Shown here piece after piece: positions 1 to 12,525 of a stretch of 40,348 nucleotides of DNA. The stretch comes from Octopus bimaculoides (lineage: Eukaryota): positions 56,378,190-56,418,537 of the forward strand of contig NC_068994.1 in the NCBI RefSeq assembly GCF_001194135.2, given 5' to 3'. The translations under genes were made by a program, and so were the position numbers. The notes below the pieces were generated by a model. The model was given only the letters and a program-made list of their open reading frames with translations. It was not told the DNA's origin and ran no database searches. Position 1 is the first letter of the stretch, and the number at the start of each line of letters is the position of its first letter.

Positions 1-265
1 ATATATGGCCTCTCTTTCCAAGAAAGCTGTTGGGCAGGAGATTCTTGGTTCGTATACAGTTAGTGGCACTATTCTATTCAAGCGCCACAGAATCCACAAT
101 TAAGAAACGACCGGGCCCACTCCGAACGGTTTGTAGTGGGCCCCATTGTAGTGCTCTCGGGTTATCAACCTTCACCAGGAGTGTCACGTTTAGAGAACTG
201 TCCAGCCGTGACTATCATGTTTTTTTATATCGAGTCAGCGAAAATGCTGTTGGACAAAAAGACAG

Positions 266-350
266 AGGCATAGCTGCGTGGTACGAAGCTTGCTTCCCAA
301 CCACATGGTTCTGGGCTCAGTTCCACTGCGTGACACCTTGGGCAAATGTC
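266..350 (+). mobile_element. tRNA-derived SINE family A, 5' head fragment
   Basis: A-box-like TAGCTGCGTGG and B-box-like GGCTCAGTTCC followed by CACCTTGGGCAAATGTC; same head recurs at 5147, 10610, 14110(-), 18546(-) and 34030. Confidence 0.8.
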
Positions 351-489
351 GTTTACACACACACACAAACATATACACAGGAGTGGGTTGTATATTCCAT
401 AATTGTCAATCATTATTGCTAAATAGCTATTATGTAAATAAACTTGAAGTAGACAATAGTGTCGGCCAGACAACCAGAGAACAATACCA

Positions 490-519
490 TTTCTCTGTGT
501 GTCTGTGTGTCTGTGTGTG

Positions 520-559
<40 letters not shown>

Positions 560-1002
560 CCGCCCTATCCCATTTATTCTCTTGCACACACACAGACACA
601 CACACATACAAACACGTACTCAAACAAACGCATATACACTTTCCCTCTGTCTGTCTGTCAGTCTGTCTCTCTTTCTCTCTCCCTCACACACACGCGCACA
701 CATATATACACACACACACACACACACTGATCATGTCTCTCGAGTATTGTTTTATTTTCTCTGAAGTGAGATCTTTCAAGGAGTCGGGAAGAGAGAGAGG
801 GATGGAGAGAGAGAGAGAGAAAGAGAGAGTGAGCAGGAGGGATATTGCAGGAGAGAGAGAGGCAGACATAGATAGAGGGGAGGGGGAAGAGACAGACAGA
901 GAGAAAGACAGAGAGAGGAAATAAGAGGAGAGAAAAAGCCAGAGAATGGGAGAGAGAGAGAGAAAGAAAGAAAGAAAGAAACAAACAAACAAACAAAGAA
1001 AC

Positions 1003-1045
<43 letters not shown>
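490..1045. repeat. Compound microsatellite block (GT/CT/CA/GA/GAAA/CAAA)
   Basis: Directly visible di- and tetranucleotide runs; explains the overlapping low-complexity ORFs. Confidence 0.95.
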
Positions 1046-1048
<3 letters not shown>

Positions 1049-1205
1049 TTAGCTGTTGTGGGAAGCAACGTGAGGTATGAGTTACATAGAAAGAAAAGTG
1101 GGTGATATGATAGCCGGTGTGAGGAACGGCTTGGCAGGGTAATGTGGATTTAACGAATTAGTTTGCTTTCCAAAAAAGGTCATGCACAGGCAACAAATTA
1201 TTTCA

Positions 1206-1241
<36 letters not shown>

Positions 1242-1847
1242 ATATATACAAATATGCTCACGATAAAATGAAATATTTTTGGAAATTTTTACAGCTGAAA
1301 ATACTAAAATAACATGAAAAATAATAAAAATATAACAAAATAAAATAAAAGAAACGGCAAAAATAGCAAGAACAATATTAATCTCAATAGCAATAAAATA
1401 GCCACAACAACAACGATAACTAGAACAACAACAACAACATTAATATTGAAAACCATGATAACGACAACCATGTTTATATATATATATACATATATATATA
1501 NNNNNNNNNNNNNNNNNNNNNNNNNNNNNNNNNNNNNNNNNNNNNNNNNNNNNNNNNNNNNNNNNNNNNNNNNNNNNNNNNNNNNNNNNNNNNNNNNNNN
1601 NNNNNNNNNNNNNNNNNNNNNNNNNNNNNNNNNNNATATATGTGTGTGTGTGTGTATATATTACTTTTCATGCACTTTATTTTTTACCCTGGTTAAAGTA
1701 CTATTATTGTTGTTGTTTTTGTTGTTGTTGCTGTTGTGCATTATAGAATAATAGATAAAAGAGAAAACAATAGCCATAATGATGAGGATGATATTAATAA
1801 CAATAATGATGATAATAATTTCTTTATTAATAATGGTATCATTTGAC

Positions 1848-1920
<73 letters not shown>

Positions 1921-2117
1921 TGATGATGATGATGATGATGAATGAATGAATGAATGAAACGGGTGGGCAATATTTCTAGCGGTGGCGGTAGTTTGTAAGG
2001 TGATGTTGATGTCAAGAATGATGATGACTTTGATGATAATGATGATGATGCTGATGACGCTGATGATGATGATGATGATGATGTTGATGATGATGATGAT
2101 GATGAGAGTGCTGATGA
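1848..2117. repeat. (GAT)n / (GAAT)n microsatellites
   Basis: Long GAT runs with interruptions. Confidence 0.95.
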
Positions 2118-2172
2118 TTGCTAAAAATATTAGATAAAAGAGAAATACCTACCCAGACACATTTACAGAAAG

Positions 2173-2174
<2 letters not shown>

Positions 2175-2257
<83 letters not shown>

Positions 2258-2319
2258 AAGAGAGACATTGAGACAGGGGAAAGAGAGGGAGTGAATGACA
2301 GAATGGGTATGGGAGGAAG

Positions 2320-2362
<43 letters not shown>

Positions 2363-2515
2363 ATGTGTGTGTGTGTGTGTGTGACCGGATGAGAAACAGT
2401 ACTTTAGACAGCTATGTTGGGTGGAATAAAGAAAGGAGGACAGAATGAAATTGGAAGATAAAGACATCCAGGGATAGACAGACATAAAGAAGGAGATAGA
2501 CAGATAGAGAGAGAG

Positions 2516-2567
<52 letters not shown>

Positions 2568-2575
2568 AGAGAGGG
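2175..2575. repeat. (GA)n-rich purine microsatellite block
   Basis: Several GA runs up to about 65 nt plus a GT run. Confidence 0.95.
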
Positions 2576-3238
2576 TGATGGTGTAATAGGAATGAGCAGA
2601 ATGAGAAAGAGACATAAGTGAGTAGCCATTTCTTTTCACAAAATGGCTAACACCACATGATGGCAGAAAAACATTAAAAAAAAAACAAGATGGAAGATGA
2701 AGCAGATTTAATATGCAATAAAGTTACTAACCATTCAGAATTTTAACACGTAATTCTACAATTATTATTATTGTTGTTGTTGTTGTTGTTGTTGTTATTA
2801 TTATTATTATTATCATTTTCGTTTTACGCTTTTCCTTTTCCTCCCTTTATGTTTTCTATTTTTATCTTTTATTTTTTTTCTGAAATTTTTATTAGTTTCA
2901 TTTTTCGTTCTTCGGAAATTATTCTATCCTACAAGAACAACAACAACAATAACAACAACAGCAACAACAAAAACTAATTCCATTCAATGTATTTCAATAT
3001 TCCATCATCGACTGATTTCGTAATTTGTTCTTGGGATTGTTTTGCTCTTTATTTATTTGATTTTTTCTTTTAAAAATTCATTTTATGTCTTTTTTTTCTA
3101 TACAGTTTATTATTACACGTGCTGTTGTTGTTATTGTTATTATTAGAAGAAACTTTATATTTATATATACGCATATGTACATACATACATTCATACATAC
3201 ATTCATACATACATACATATATATGCACATGCATACAA

Positions 3239-3305
<67 letters not shown>

Positions 3306-3426
3306 CACACTCGCAATCAAAATCTGTCTAGCTATCTATCTCTCTATCTATATCTATACATATCTATATATATTTGTATGCTTGGATGTATATATGCAGA
3401 TATGTATGCATGAATACGTGTGTGTG

Positions 3427-3473
<47 letters not shown>

Positions 3474-3684
3474 AGAGAGGAGAGAGAGAGAGATTTATAC
3501 ATATCTATGCATATGCATAAATATATGCCCATTTGTATATATGATTATAACAATTTGCATACAAAATTGAATACACACATGCGCGTACACAGATACGCGC
3601 GCACACACACATACACCGACATACAAACACACACACACATACTTGTATAAAGAAAGACAACGCGGTATTACACTAATAGCTTAT

Positions 3685-3895
3685 CTTTTACTTCAACCAT
3701 TGGATTGCGGCCATACTGGAGCACCGCTTTGAAGGATTTTAACCGAACAAATCAAACCCAGTAGTTCTGTTTGGTTTGTTTGTTTTTTTAGGTCTAATAC
3801 TTTTTTTTTTCCACTCTTTTTTTGCCGAACCACAAAATTACGTAGACATAAACACAGTCGTCAAGTTGGGCATATGGGAGTGCAAATACAATAAA
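3685..3895 (-). mobile_element. SINE family A, degenerate 3' half
   Basis: GATTGCGGCCATACTGGAGCACCGC and TTGCCGAACC match the minus-strand copies at 13063 and 20712. Confidence 0.75.
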
Positions 3896-3944
3896 CACAC
3901 ATACACACACACACACACACCTCATTAACACAAATAAAACCAAT

Positions 3945-4282
3945 CTTCTCCGATCATCACGTTTTCACCAATACATTCTTAGGAATCACAATCATTTAGC
4001 CAATAGTTCCAGAACTTTATATTGGTACCACCTACCGATTATTATTACACCAGCCTCACACATCAATGAAAAAAAAGAAACACTTTTACAAACTTCAAAA
4101 AATCTCAGTATAAGAATTTCCGCTTAGGATTAGAATCAAGCTTTCCGGAAGTCAACAATACAAAGATCACAAATATGACCGCTGCTGAACACACTTTGGA
4201 CAAAATAATAATAGACGGATCAACAAAAATATTCCCCTCAAGGCAACATGAAAATAATACAAGTATTACACTCCAGAAATAA
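3945..4282 (+). mobile_element. Decayed LINE ORF2 fragment (end of APE endonuclease plus linker)
   Basis: 4023-4073 reads WYHLPIIIT..., resembling the terminal SDHLPI motif of LINE AP endonucleases; after a frameshift in the A8 run, 4076-4279 reads RNTFTNFKKSQYKNFRLGLESSF...AAEHTLDKIIIDG, resembling the post-endonuclease NFKKADW..F region; clade not assignable by eye. Confidence 0.5.
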
Positions 4283-4671
4283 ACACCCTTGTAAAAACCA
4301 GACATGGCCTCAAAATTAAAAAGAACAAAACCACAAAACCACAGTACTACTCAATGTCAGACAACTTCACACGGGTCTGGCAAAAATAGAAATTTAGTAA
4401 ACATTTATATCCAACACGAACGAAAAACGAACTGAAGTAAAATAAGAATTTTTAAATTTTAGAGAAAACGTGGAATAAATCTATAGATAGTTGCATGTAA
4501 ATATTGAGTTGAAAAAAAACCCCTTTGGATTGGAAAAAAATCGAAGGCGCCCGTGGATCAGAAAATCACATCTCCTGATGACACGACAAGCTTTCTACTA
4601 CGGGCAGCCTTCGGGTTTTTTTTTTTTTTATCCCTGCAAAAGTATTTTCTCAGCTCAATATTTACATGCTA

Positions 4672-4885
4672 TAGGCAGCGAACTGGCAGAATCGTTAGCA
4701 CGCCGGATGAACTGCTTAGCGGCATTTCGTCCGTCCGTACGTTCTGAGTCCAAATTCCGCCGAGATCGACTTTGCCTTTCATCCTTTCGGGGTCTATAAA
4801 ATTTATGTTAGTTGTGCTCTGGTATCGATGTAATGACTATCACCTCCGCAAAAATTTCTGGCCTTGTGCCTATAGTAGAAAGGAA
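4672..4885 (+). mobile_element. tRNA-derived SINE family B, near full length
   Basis: AGGCAGCGAACTGGCAGAATCGTTAGCACGCCGG head, GAGTCCAAATTCC B-box-like motif and CCTTGTGCCTATAGTAGAAAG tail; homologous to 23259, 24314 and 30376. Confidence 0.9.
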
Positions 4886-5146
4886 TACCTATATGCTAAT
4901 ATTCATAGCTTTATGTGTGTTTCGAGACTCACTGCTCCCCAAAAGAATCAAAGTGAACTGGTTTGTAGAGGAACACCAGCAGCGATCATATCACACGACA
5001 TGTCACTATAACAACTTCAGATTCTATTTCACAATTCAGCGTTAAACAAACGCCCTTCTCTGACATTTTCGAAACTCAACCAGAAAAACCACAAACACCC
5101 ACACAAAAAAGACAACGAATACAGAACGGAAAATAAGCACCTTCAC

Positions 5147-5310
5147 AGGCATGGCTGTGTGGTTACGAAATTTGTTTTGTAACTACGAGGTTTCGGGTTC
5201 AATCCGAATGTGTGACACCTTTGTGCAAGTGTCTTCTATGATAGCCCCGGGCCAACCAATGCCTTGTAAGTGGATTGATACAAGGAAACGATGTGAGAGC
5301 TCGTCGTGTG
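5147..5310 (+). mobile_element. SINE family A, 5' half
   Basis: TGGCTGTGTGG A box and GGGTTCAATCC B box, then CAAGTGTCTTCTATGATAGCCCCGGGCC. Confidence 0.85.
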
Positions 5311-5823
5311 TGTGCATGTGTTTGTGTGTCTGTTTGTATAGGGCGAAACAAAATACATTTTGTCGAACTCATGAATAATGATTAGACATATTGATACTCA
5401 GACTTCTAACTTTTGAGTTCTTTATTCTAACTGACATGATCATGTTTCTATGAACGTGTTGCCCCAAGAAGAATAAATGTATATACGAATACAAGTACGT
5501 ATGTACGTATATATGTACGTATATATGCATGTATGTACGTATACACGAATGCATGCGCGTACGTTATATATATGCATGCGCGTGCGTTATATATATGCAT
5601 ATATATACGTACTTATGTATGTGTATATGTATGTGCGTATGTTGTATCAATATGCTCAGAGTGAGAAATACTAGCGAGGTTAACAAATTCATTCGTATCT
5701 GCAACGAATGGACACCAAAAATGACCCTAGATTACGTAGAATGTGATCACATGCCGGCCCAATAACCGACTTGTTCAATAATATTATTCACAGACTACAT
5801 CATGTATGTCAATGCATGCGCGT

Positions 5824-5865
<42 letters not shown>

Positions 5866-6284
5866 ACACCTTTGCATAAATACAGACAGATATGCTTACA
5901 TATATACATACGCACAAACGCGTGTATACTTATCTACATACGCACATGCAGATGTATTCATAGGATGCGATTGTCCAGACATTTATAATGTATGTATGCA
6001 CGCCCCTATGTCTAACAGTTCCTGTGTTTGTGTGTGCGCTTGTGTGTGTATATGTCTGTGTGTATATATGTGTGTGTGTGTGTATGTGTGACGTGCGTGT
6101 ATTTCTTTTGTGGAAGTCGAATTCGCTTGCAATATGAAGCCTCATAAAACAAAGCTGGACAGAGAGGGAGAGAGAGATAGGACGAGATAGTGATAGAAAG
6201 AGAGAGATGGGGTAGAAGGAGGGATGGAGAAAAAGAAGTAAAAAGAGAGAAGGAGTGAGAAGGGAAAGAGCGAGAAGAGAGCTA

Positions 6285-6455
6285 ACTAAAATGGCGGCGA
6301 CAGACAAGTTTTTTCATGGTTATTTTAACGGTGACAAAATCCTGTGATAGATTCTGTCAAACCATCGGAATGTCCTCTGGCGGGAAGTTCACAATTTTAG
6401 ATTTTTTTTTCTTTCCGGATGTGGTAAATGGCAATCACTTCCGCTACGTCAACGA
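6285..6455. promoter_or_regulatory. Candidate housekeeping-type promoter motif cluster
   Basis: AAAATGGCGGCG (YY1-like, 6288-6299), GGCGGGAA (E2F-like, 6379-6386), CCGGATGT (ETS-like, 6415-6422) and CACTTCCGCTACGTCA (ETS plus CRE half site, 6436-6451) within 170 nt of CpG-containing non-repeat sequence; no transcript evidence. Confidence 0.4.
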
Positions 6456-7831
6456 TTGAACTATAATTACTTAATTTACACCCTTAACTCGAAACAATAT
6501 NNNNNNNNNNNNNNNNNNNNNNNNNNNNNNNNNNNNNNNNNNNNNNNNNNNNNNNNNNNNNNNNNNNNNNNNNNNNNNNNNNNNNNNNNNNNNNNNNNNN
6601 NNNNNNNNNNNNNNNNNNNNNNNNNNNNNNNNNNNNNNNNNNNNNNNNNNNNNNNNNNNNNNNNNNNNNNNNNNNNNNNNNNNNNNNNNNNNNNNNNNNN
6701 NNNNNNNNNNNNNNTATATATACATACATACATACATACATTTACGAAGATTTCATACGTTTTCTAATCCTTTGCATGCACACACAGACACACACGCACA
6801 CACACACACACGAACTCATGTACGTATGCATATGACGCGTGTGTATCTATTTCTATGTATGTGCACGGGTGTATTGTAGTATAAGTTATTTTGTGTGATG
6901 CTCAACCGATTCCGTCATTTCACTGCCCGACAAAATAATCAATTTACACTTGCCCGCGGTCATATAGCTCCAGCACTTACTTCTGTCTCGTCCTCACTCA
7001 GACAAAGTGCAAAAGGCACCCCTGTTCTAAGCAAATGCATTGCTGAAATACAAAACTGTTTACGTTCCTCTTCGAGATTGAAATAACAGAGAACCTTATC
7101 CGTGGGAATCTGGGAGGGAAGAATGAAGATAACGAGGGGTATGAGAGCCACAAGGAATAGAGTAAACTCATTGTGAAGTCATTGTGCAGTACAAGCGTTG
7201 TCTGGCACTCTTGTCTTCCATCAATTCTGATCGACTTATCAACCCTTGATTAAAAGGATTTCACTCACGACTATCCCTTTAATTTGGAGAGGCGGGATAT
7301 CTAGAACAACATGATCTAATGTGTCACCCTACTTTCTAATGATTTTCAGAAACACACAATTAATATATATGATAATTTTGATTGGAAAAAAAGGAAGTCA
7401 GATCAATGTTACGTACGTTTCGATCAACCAATGTCATTTGCTTCATATTACATGCAAAAATTATGCAATTTTATGCAATAAATTTAGAGTTCATTACTTC
7501 TCCGGACATTGTAACTTGACTGAGAATCAAATTATATCAGAAGTGTATGTAATATGAAACAACTGGGGTTCGTTTACCAAACCGTACGTAACCTGCCATC
7601 TCTTTTCCTCAAATTTATTATCATTCACTCTGCGAACATTAAAACATACTTATTTGATATACATACGTTAGATTGGCAAAATGCTCCTTTAATAATTGAT
7701 CGAAGTATAACCAATCGTTCATTGGTCAATCAAAAGGTCTAACTTTTACACTGTTATTTGAACACTTTGCTAGCCAAACTCATGCTTGGAGTGCTTTTGA
7801 GATGATTGTCTGGATTTTGCTTATTACCTCG

Positions 7832-7875
<44 letters not shown>

Positions 7876-7964
7876 TATAATATATATAAAAGTACTCAGA
7901 GAATGGAGAAAGACAATCTATTAATTATTACTTCTAAGCACTTGAAACAATTATCAAATTATCT

Positions 7965-8175
7965 CTCCCTCCACCGCTTGATCACCAGTTTTGGTTTGTT
8001 TACATTCCCGTAACTTAGCGGTTTGACAAAAGAGACCAAAAGTTAAGCACCAGGCCTTAAAAGAAAGATAAGGACTGGGGTGTGGATGGGTGTAGTGTCG
8101 TTCGACTAAAACCCCCTGAAAGCGGTGCCACAACATGGTCGCAGTCTAATGACTGGATCAGGTGAAAGAGAAAAT
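7965..8175 (+). mobile_element. SINE family A, 3' half
   Basis: CCCGTAACTTAGCGGTTTGACAAAAGAGACC ... GCGGTGCCACAACATGGTCGCAGTC, homologous to 21101 and to the reverse complement of 13063. Confidence 0.8.
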
Positions 8176-9270
8176 ATAGTGTGTGTGTGTGTGTGTGTGT
8201 GCATGTACAGTAATGTAGTCAAATATATACCTCAAAATGACGAAACCCTACAGACATTCGGTGCTAGTCTTGGTACTGAAATAATTCACGTGGGTAGTTA
8301 TAACAGAATGGTCGTACATAGTTTTGTATGTTGCAGCCATCGTCTAGGAGCTGCAGCAGCAACAACAGCAGCAGCAGTAGCAGCAACAGTAGTAATGGTA
8401 GTAGTAGTAGTAGTAGTAGTAGTAGTTCTTGTTACTATGAATAGCTTATCTTTAATGTTATACCATCCACTTCCCTACCCCTCCTCCACAATCCCCGTCA
8501 CCACCCCCATAGATTCCGTCACGACTCCCAACATCACACGTAGCAACGCTTTTATTGCCACCACCGCCGCCACCACCACCACCACCACCACCGCCGTCGT
8601 CGGGGACTCCTCCACCGCCATTATCATTTATTTTNNNNNNNNNNNNNNNNNNNNNNNNNNNNNNNNNNNNNNNNNNNNNNNNNNNNNNNNNNNNNNNNNN
8701 NNNNNNNNNNNNNNNNNNNNNNNNNNNNNNNNNNNNNNNNNNNNNNNNNNNNNNNNNNNNNNNNNNNNNNNNNNNNNNNNNNNNNNNNNNNNNNNNNNNN
8801 NNNNNNNNNNNNNNNNNNNNNNNNNNNNNNNNNNNNNNNNNNNNNNNNNNNNNNNNNNNNNNNNNNNNNNNNNNNNNNNNNNNNNNNNNNNNNNNNNNNN
8901 NNNNNNNNNNNNNNNNNNNNNNNNNNNNNNNNNNNNNNNNNNNNNNNNNNNNNNNNNNNNNNNNNNNNNNNNNNNNNNNNNNNNNNNNNNNNNNNNNNNN
9001 NNNNNNNNNNNNNNNNNNNNNNNNNNNNNNNNNNNNNNNNNNNNNNNNNNNNNNNNNNNNNNNNNNNNNNNNNNNNNNNNNNNNNNNNNNNNNNNNNNNN
9101 NNNNNNNNNNNNNNNNNNNNNNNNNNNNNNNNNNNNNNNNNNNNNNNNNNNNNNNNNNNNNNNNNNNNNNNNNNNNNNNNNNNNNNNNNNNNNNNNNNNN
9201 NNNNNNNNNNNNNNNNNNNNNNNNNNNNNNNNNNNNNNNNNNNNNNNNNNNNNNNNNNNNNNNNNNNTAT

Positions 9271-9317
9271 TCGTAGTTGATGAAACGTAACGAGTGAGAA
9301 ACGCATGCATCCTACGA
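9271..9317 (+). ncRNA. Degenerate hammerhead-like motif
   Basis: UCGUAG UUGAUGA [14 nt] GAAA CGCAUGCA UC CUACGA: 6-bp stem I and near-palindromic stem III, but C3U and a poor stem II. Confidence 0.3.
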
Positions 9318-10449
9318 TCCAGTTTCATCATGTTTTAACATACATTGTCTTAAGGAAATTTTCTTCGGAGACTATTTCCGCAGCGGGAGACTTTCACACG
9401 TCCAAATGTACTCGGAAATCTTAAATATGATTGTGCGTGCTTATATTTTTTGTTTTATATATTGCTTATATTTCTTTGTTTTTAATCACAACTTTACATT
9501 TACCTGTGTATATAGCAATTATAATTGGGCATACAATCATGAATCGGCAATAGCTGAAATATTGTACCACAAAGATCAAAAAAAAAAAAAAAAAAAATAC
9601 GGGACTTCGCTCAAAATACTGGCGGAGTGTTAGACACGGCGTTTGACGAATACTCCGGACATTGAGGTTTTGAGAAATTTCTTTACGGCAAAATATTGTA
9701 ACTAATTCCATTCCACGTCGTCTACATACCGGAACATTATCTAAAGCTGTTTCAATTCAATTCTAACCTGGCTTGCTTTTGCACAAATCAGTAAATATTT
9801 TGTTTACAGATTTCTGTATCGCTCAGTACGTCCGGCATATTCGTCACTGAAAACGCCAAATCAAGTCGAAACATATGTGTCTAAATATCCACGGACATTC
9901 TGAGCAAAGTCGTTTGTCTTTTTTTTTTACCCACATCTCTCTCTGAGAAGTTTCTCTTACACAAAATATGTACAGCTTGAGTCGATTGTATACATAGTAT
10001 ACGTGTTATACACACTTGCATATTAATCTAAGGCTGTTTCATATGCGTATATTAATATACTTTAACTTTATAATATTCCTTGTAATGAAGATGACGGTGC
10101 ATAATCATTAGCAATTAGTCTACATGCATTTCAGCTAATTTATATTTTATATGCGATTTTCGTCTGTTGGTTGGTCTCGTTTTAAAAGAGAATAAACGAA
10201 GGTTTACGTACCTTTGGCAATATTGCAAAACAGGTTTCTGTTTGTTATCTTTGATACACACTCAGCTATTGTTGTACTGACTCTATGTATATCCTGCTAT
10301 CGGTATGTTTAACTGTTGCCACCTGGAATTAAACAAAAAGGTCTTTAGAATAGAGTTTTTCAGGCGGTAGGACTGACAAGGTATAATAAATAAAGGCAAA
10401 TATATCGCCACCTGGATTAAACAGTTTGTTGCCTTTTTTTTTTCTTCAG

Positions 10450-10548
10450 GTGAACAAAAAGAAAACAAAATTATGCAGTCAAATATCAGACTTGCGTCTG
10501 CACGCACAATCGTCTATACATGCATACGCCCGTACACAAAGCACGAAG
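10450..10548 (+). other. Possible cryptic or real 99-nt exon
   Basis: Strong polypyrimidine tract plus CAG acceptor, AAG/GTATGC donor, open phase-0 frame (VNKKKTKLCSQISDLRLH...); no recognisable homology. Confidence 0.15.
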
Positions 10549-10609
10549 GTATGCATGCATTCACTCACACATGCAGAACAACAACCATAGACACATACAT
10601 ATATGGACA

Positions 10610-10727
10610 CAGGTATGGTTGTGTGGTTAAGAAGACCGTTTTGTAGCCATCTGGTCTCGTGTTCGACCCCATTGTGTAATATGTTGTGCCAGTGTGTCTT
10701 TTAATCATAGCCTACGGTCGACCAACC
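10610..10727 (+). mobile_element. SINE family A, diverged head
   Basis: TGGTTGTGTGGTTAAG ... GTGTTCGACCCC ... GTGTCTTTTAATCATAGCC. Confidence 0.6.
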
Positions 10728-10920
10728 CACGAGACAACCAATTTTGTAGAGGGCAATAATCTAGACGATTGGCGGAAGGACAGGACGAAAGTGCTTACTG
10801 TAAGAGGATGTATAGGGACGCCATGTTTAAAAGCACCAGCAGCCCTTTGTGGGTTTTTAATAGGATGTAACCCAGTTGTAAGCAATCGGGTTTCATTTTC
10901 AGGCCTGACCATCGGAACGC

Positions 10921-11182
10921 TTCCTTTCTCGATGACAAGCACCAACCTCTTGGCTAACACCTTGGCCAAAATTTTCAAATTTACATTGAGCAGTGATGGG
11001 CGTAAAGTTATCTATTACATCCCCCTTGTTTGGATCTTCGGCAGCGTTACGGCACTGAAGTCCACCCTGCGTTCTCGCTCGTCACTTGTCGCGAACAGTC
11101 GGGCAAAATGCTACTGAAAGGCCTCACACATTTTACTGTGGTCGAGCAATTCGCGCCCCTGTTCGTCTACCAGAGGCCGAAT
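10921..11182 (-). mobile_element. L1/Tx1-like LINE ORF2 fragment (RT N-terminal region), internally deleted and frameshifted
   Basis: Minus strand reads IRPLVDEQGRELLDHSKMCEAFQ*HFARLF, then VTLPK/DPNKGDVIDNFTPIT/LLNVNLKILAKVLAKRL, matching the YRPISLLNxDYKILAKVLAxRL motif of L1/Tx1 RTs. Confidence 0.85.
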
Positions 11183-12490
11183 GGTGGCTTTGTTGCCGGT
11201 AGTGTCAGTTGCAGAGGTGTTAGTTGTAGCAATTGGTAATGGTGGTAACAGGGCTCTAAACGATCGTTGTTGCAGTATCAATGACGTTGACAGCGTTCAC
11301 TTTCACGTCTCTCAGTTTTGTCCTTGATTTATTTGTATTTTTCATGTCTAGTTGTCTGTATTCGAGTGTGTGTGCGTGCAGGAGTTATTCTGTTTTTTTT
11401 CTCATAGCGTTTCAAGGCTGGGGAAATGCTACTCCATGAACGAATTTGACCAGCGTTCCGCTATGAAATTTCTCGACATTTTTTAAAGTCGAGAAGAAAA
11501 ATAGAAATTTTAATAGGGTCGAAACTGCCCCTAGAGGCCATTTCTTCCCTTGAAAACACACTCAAACGAAAGTTGGGGGCTTTACATACCTTGTGTTCAA
11601 AACTTAAAACAAAATGTGTGCAATAAAAGGTCGAAAATAGCGATTACCTGCGGAGCCGATGCGACAACACGTAGATAGATAGATAGATAGATTGAAAAAC
11701 TGATAGCTAGATAGATAAATAGATAGATAGGCATACAGATTGATAGAGAGACAAATAGTCAGATAGAGAGACAGACTGAATAACTTACAGGAAACGTCTG
11801 AAAGCCACAGTGACAAAAGAGTACAGGCAGTACATTAAAATAAGAATAAACAACCAAGAAACGACAAACGCCTACACGAATATTTTATAACCACGACAAT
11901 AGTCTTCTGTGAACTCACCTTAAACAAAAATGTCGTCTCAACAACAACAACAGCAACAACAAAACACGTGCGCGCTGGGAGATACAAACAATTACTACCA
12001 GTCTTAGGGAGTTAGAGAAGTTCCCACGAAAAAACAATGGTAGATTGTAATTTTAATTAAAACCTTTTGCTTTATTCTTAATTTGACATTAATGTTATTT
12101 GTGCGGTAGAAAAATGTGTCTTTCTGCTTTTTATGGACCACGAACCCAATGTATATTATTCTTTATAAAAATAAATGATTGTTCTTGTCTATAATTGTTT
12201 CTTGTAATTGCTGGTGTAAATATTCGTATTGAAAGTCTCTGTGCTTTTATGTTCTCTGTTTTTGTTTTTACAGGGGATTACGTGGCCTTAAAAGATTTCA
12301 AACTAAATAACAATTCACTAATTCATTAACCAAAATGCTCTTTTATTTTATTTTATTTTATTTTTTGTTTCATGCACACGCGCAGACGCATGTGTGCGGA
12401 GACACGAACACGCGCACTGATACACACTCAGATGTTAAGACAAATGTACATACATACATACATACAATTACACACAAACAGCTAGAACGT

Positions 12491-12525
<35 letters not shown>

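Noticed and set aside
1861-1940. 35-nt higher-order periodicity in the (GAT)n array (GT interruption repeated)
   Set aside because: Ordinary slippage or unequal expansion, or an assembly effect
4575-4600. CTGATGA as a hammerhead core or box C
   Set aside because: No downstream GAAA/stem II and no box D partner
5470-5640. Alternating purine-pyrimidine tract with a 23-nt tandem duplication (Z-DNA-prone)
   Set aside because: Similar TA/CA/TG mosaics occur throughout the window; nothing specific
11436-11486. MNEFDQRSAMKFL, resembling a mariner transposase N-terminus
   Set aside because: Only 16 codons, with no TIR or further homology visible
11524-11540. CTCF-like CTGCCCCTAGAGGCCA
   Set aside because: One base short in the G-run relative to the consensus, so the register does not fit
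12245-12330. Strong splice acceptor followed by DYVALKDF (SH3-like start)
   Set aside because: All frames stop within about 20 codons and there is no donor or recognisable domain
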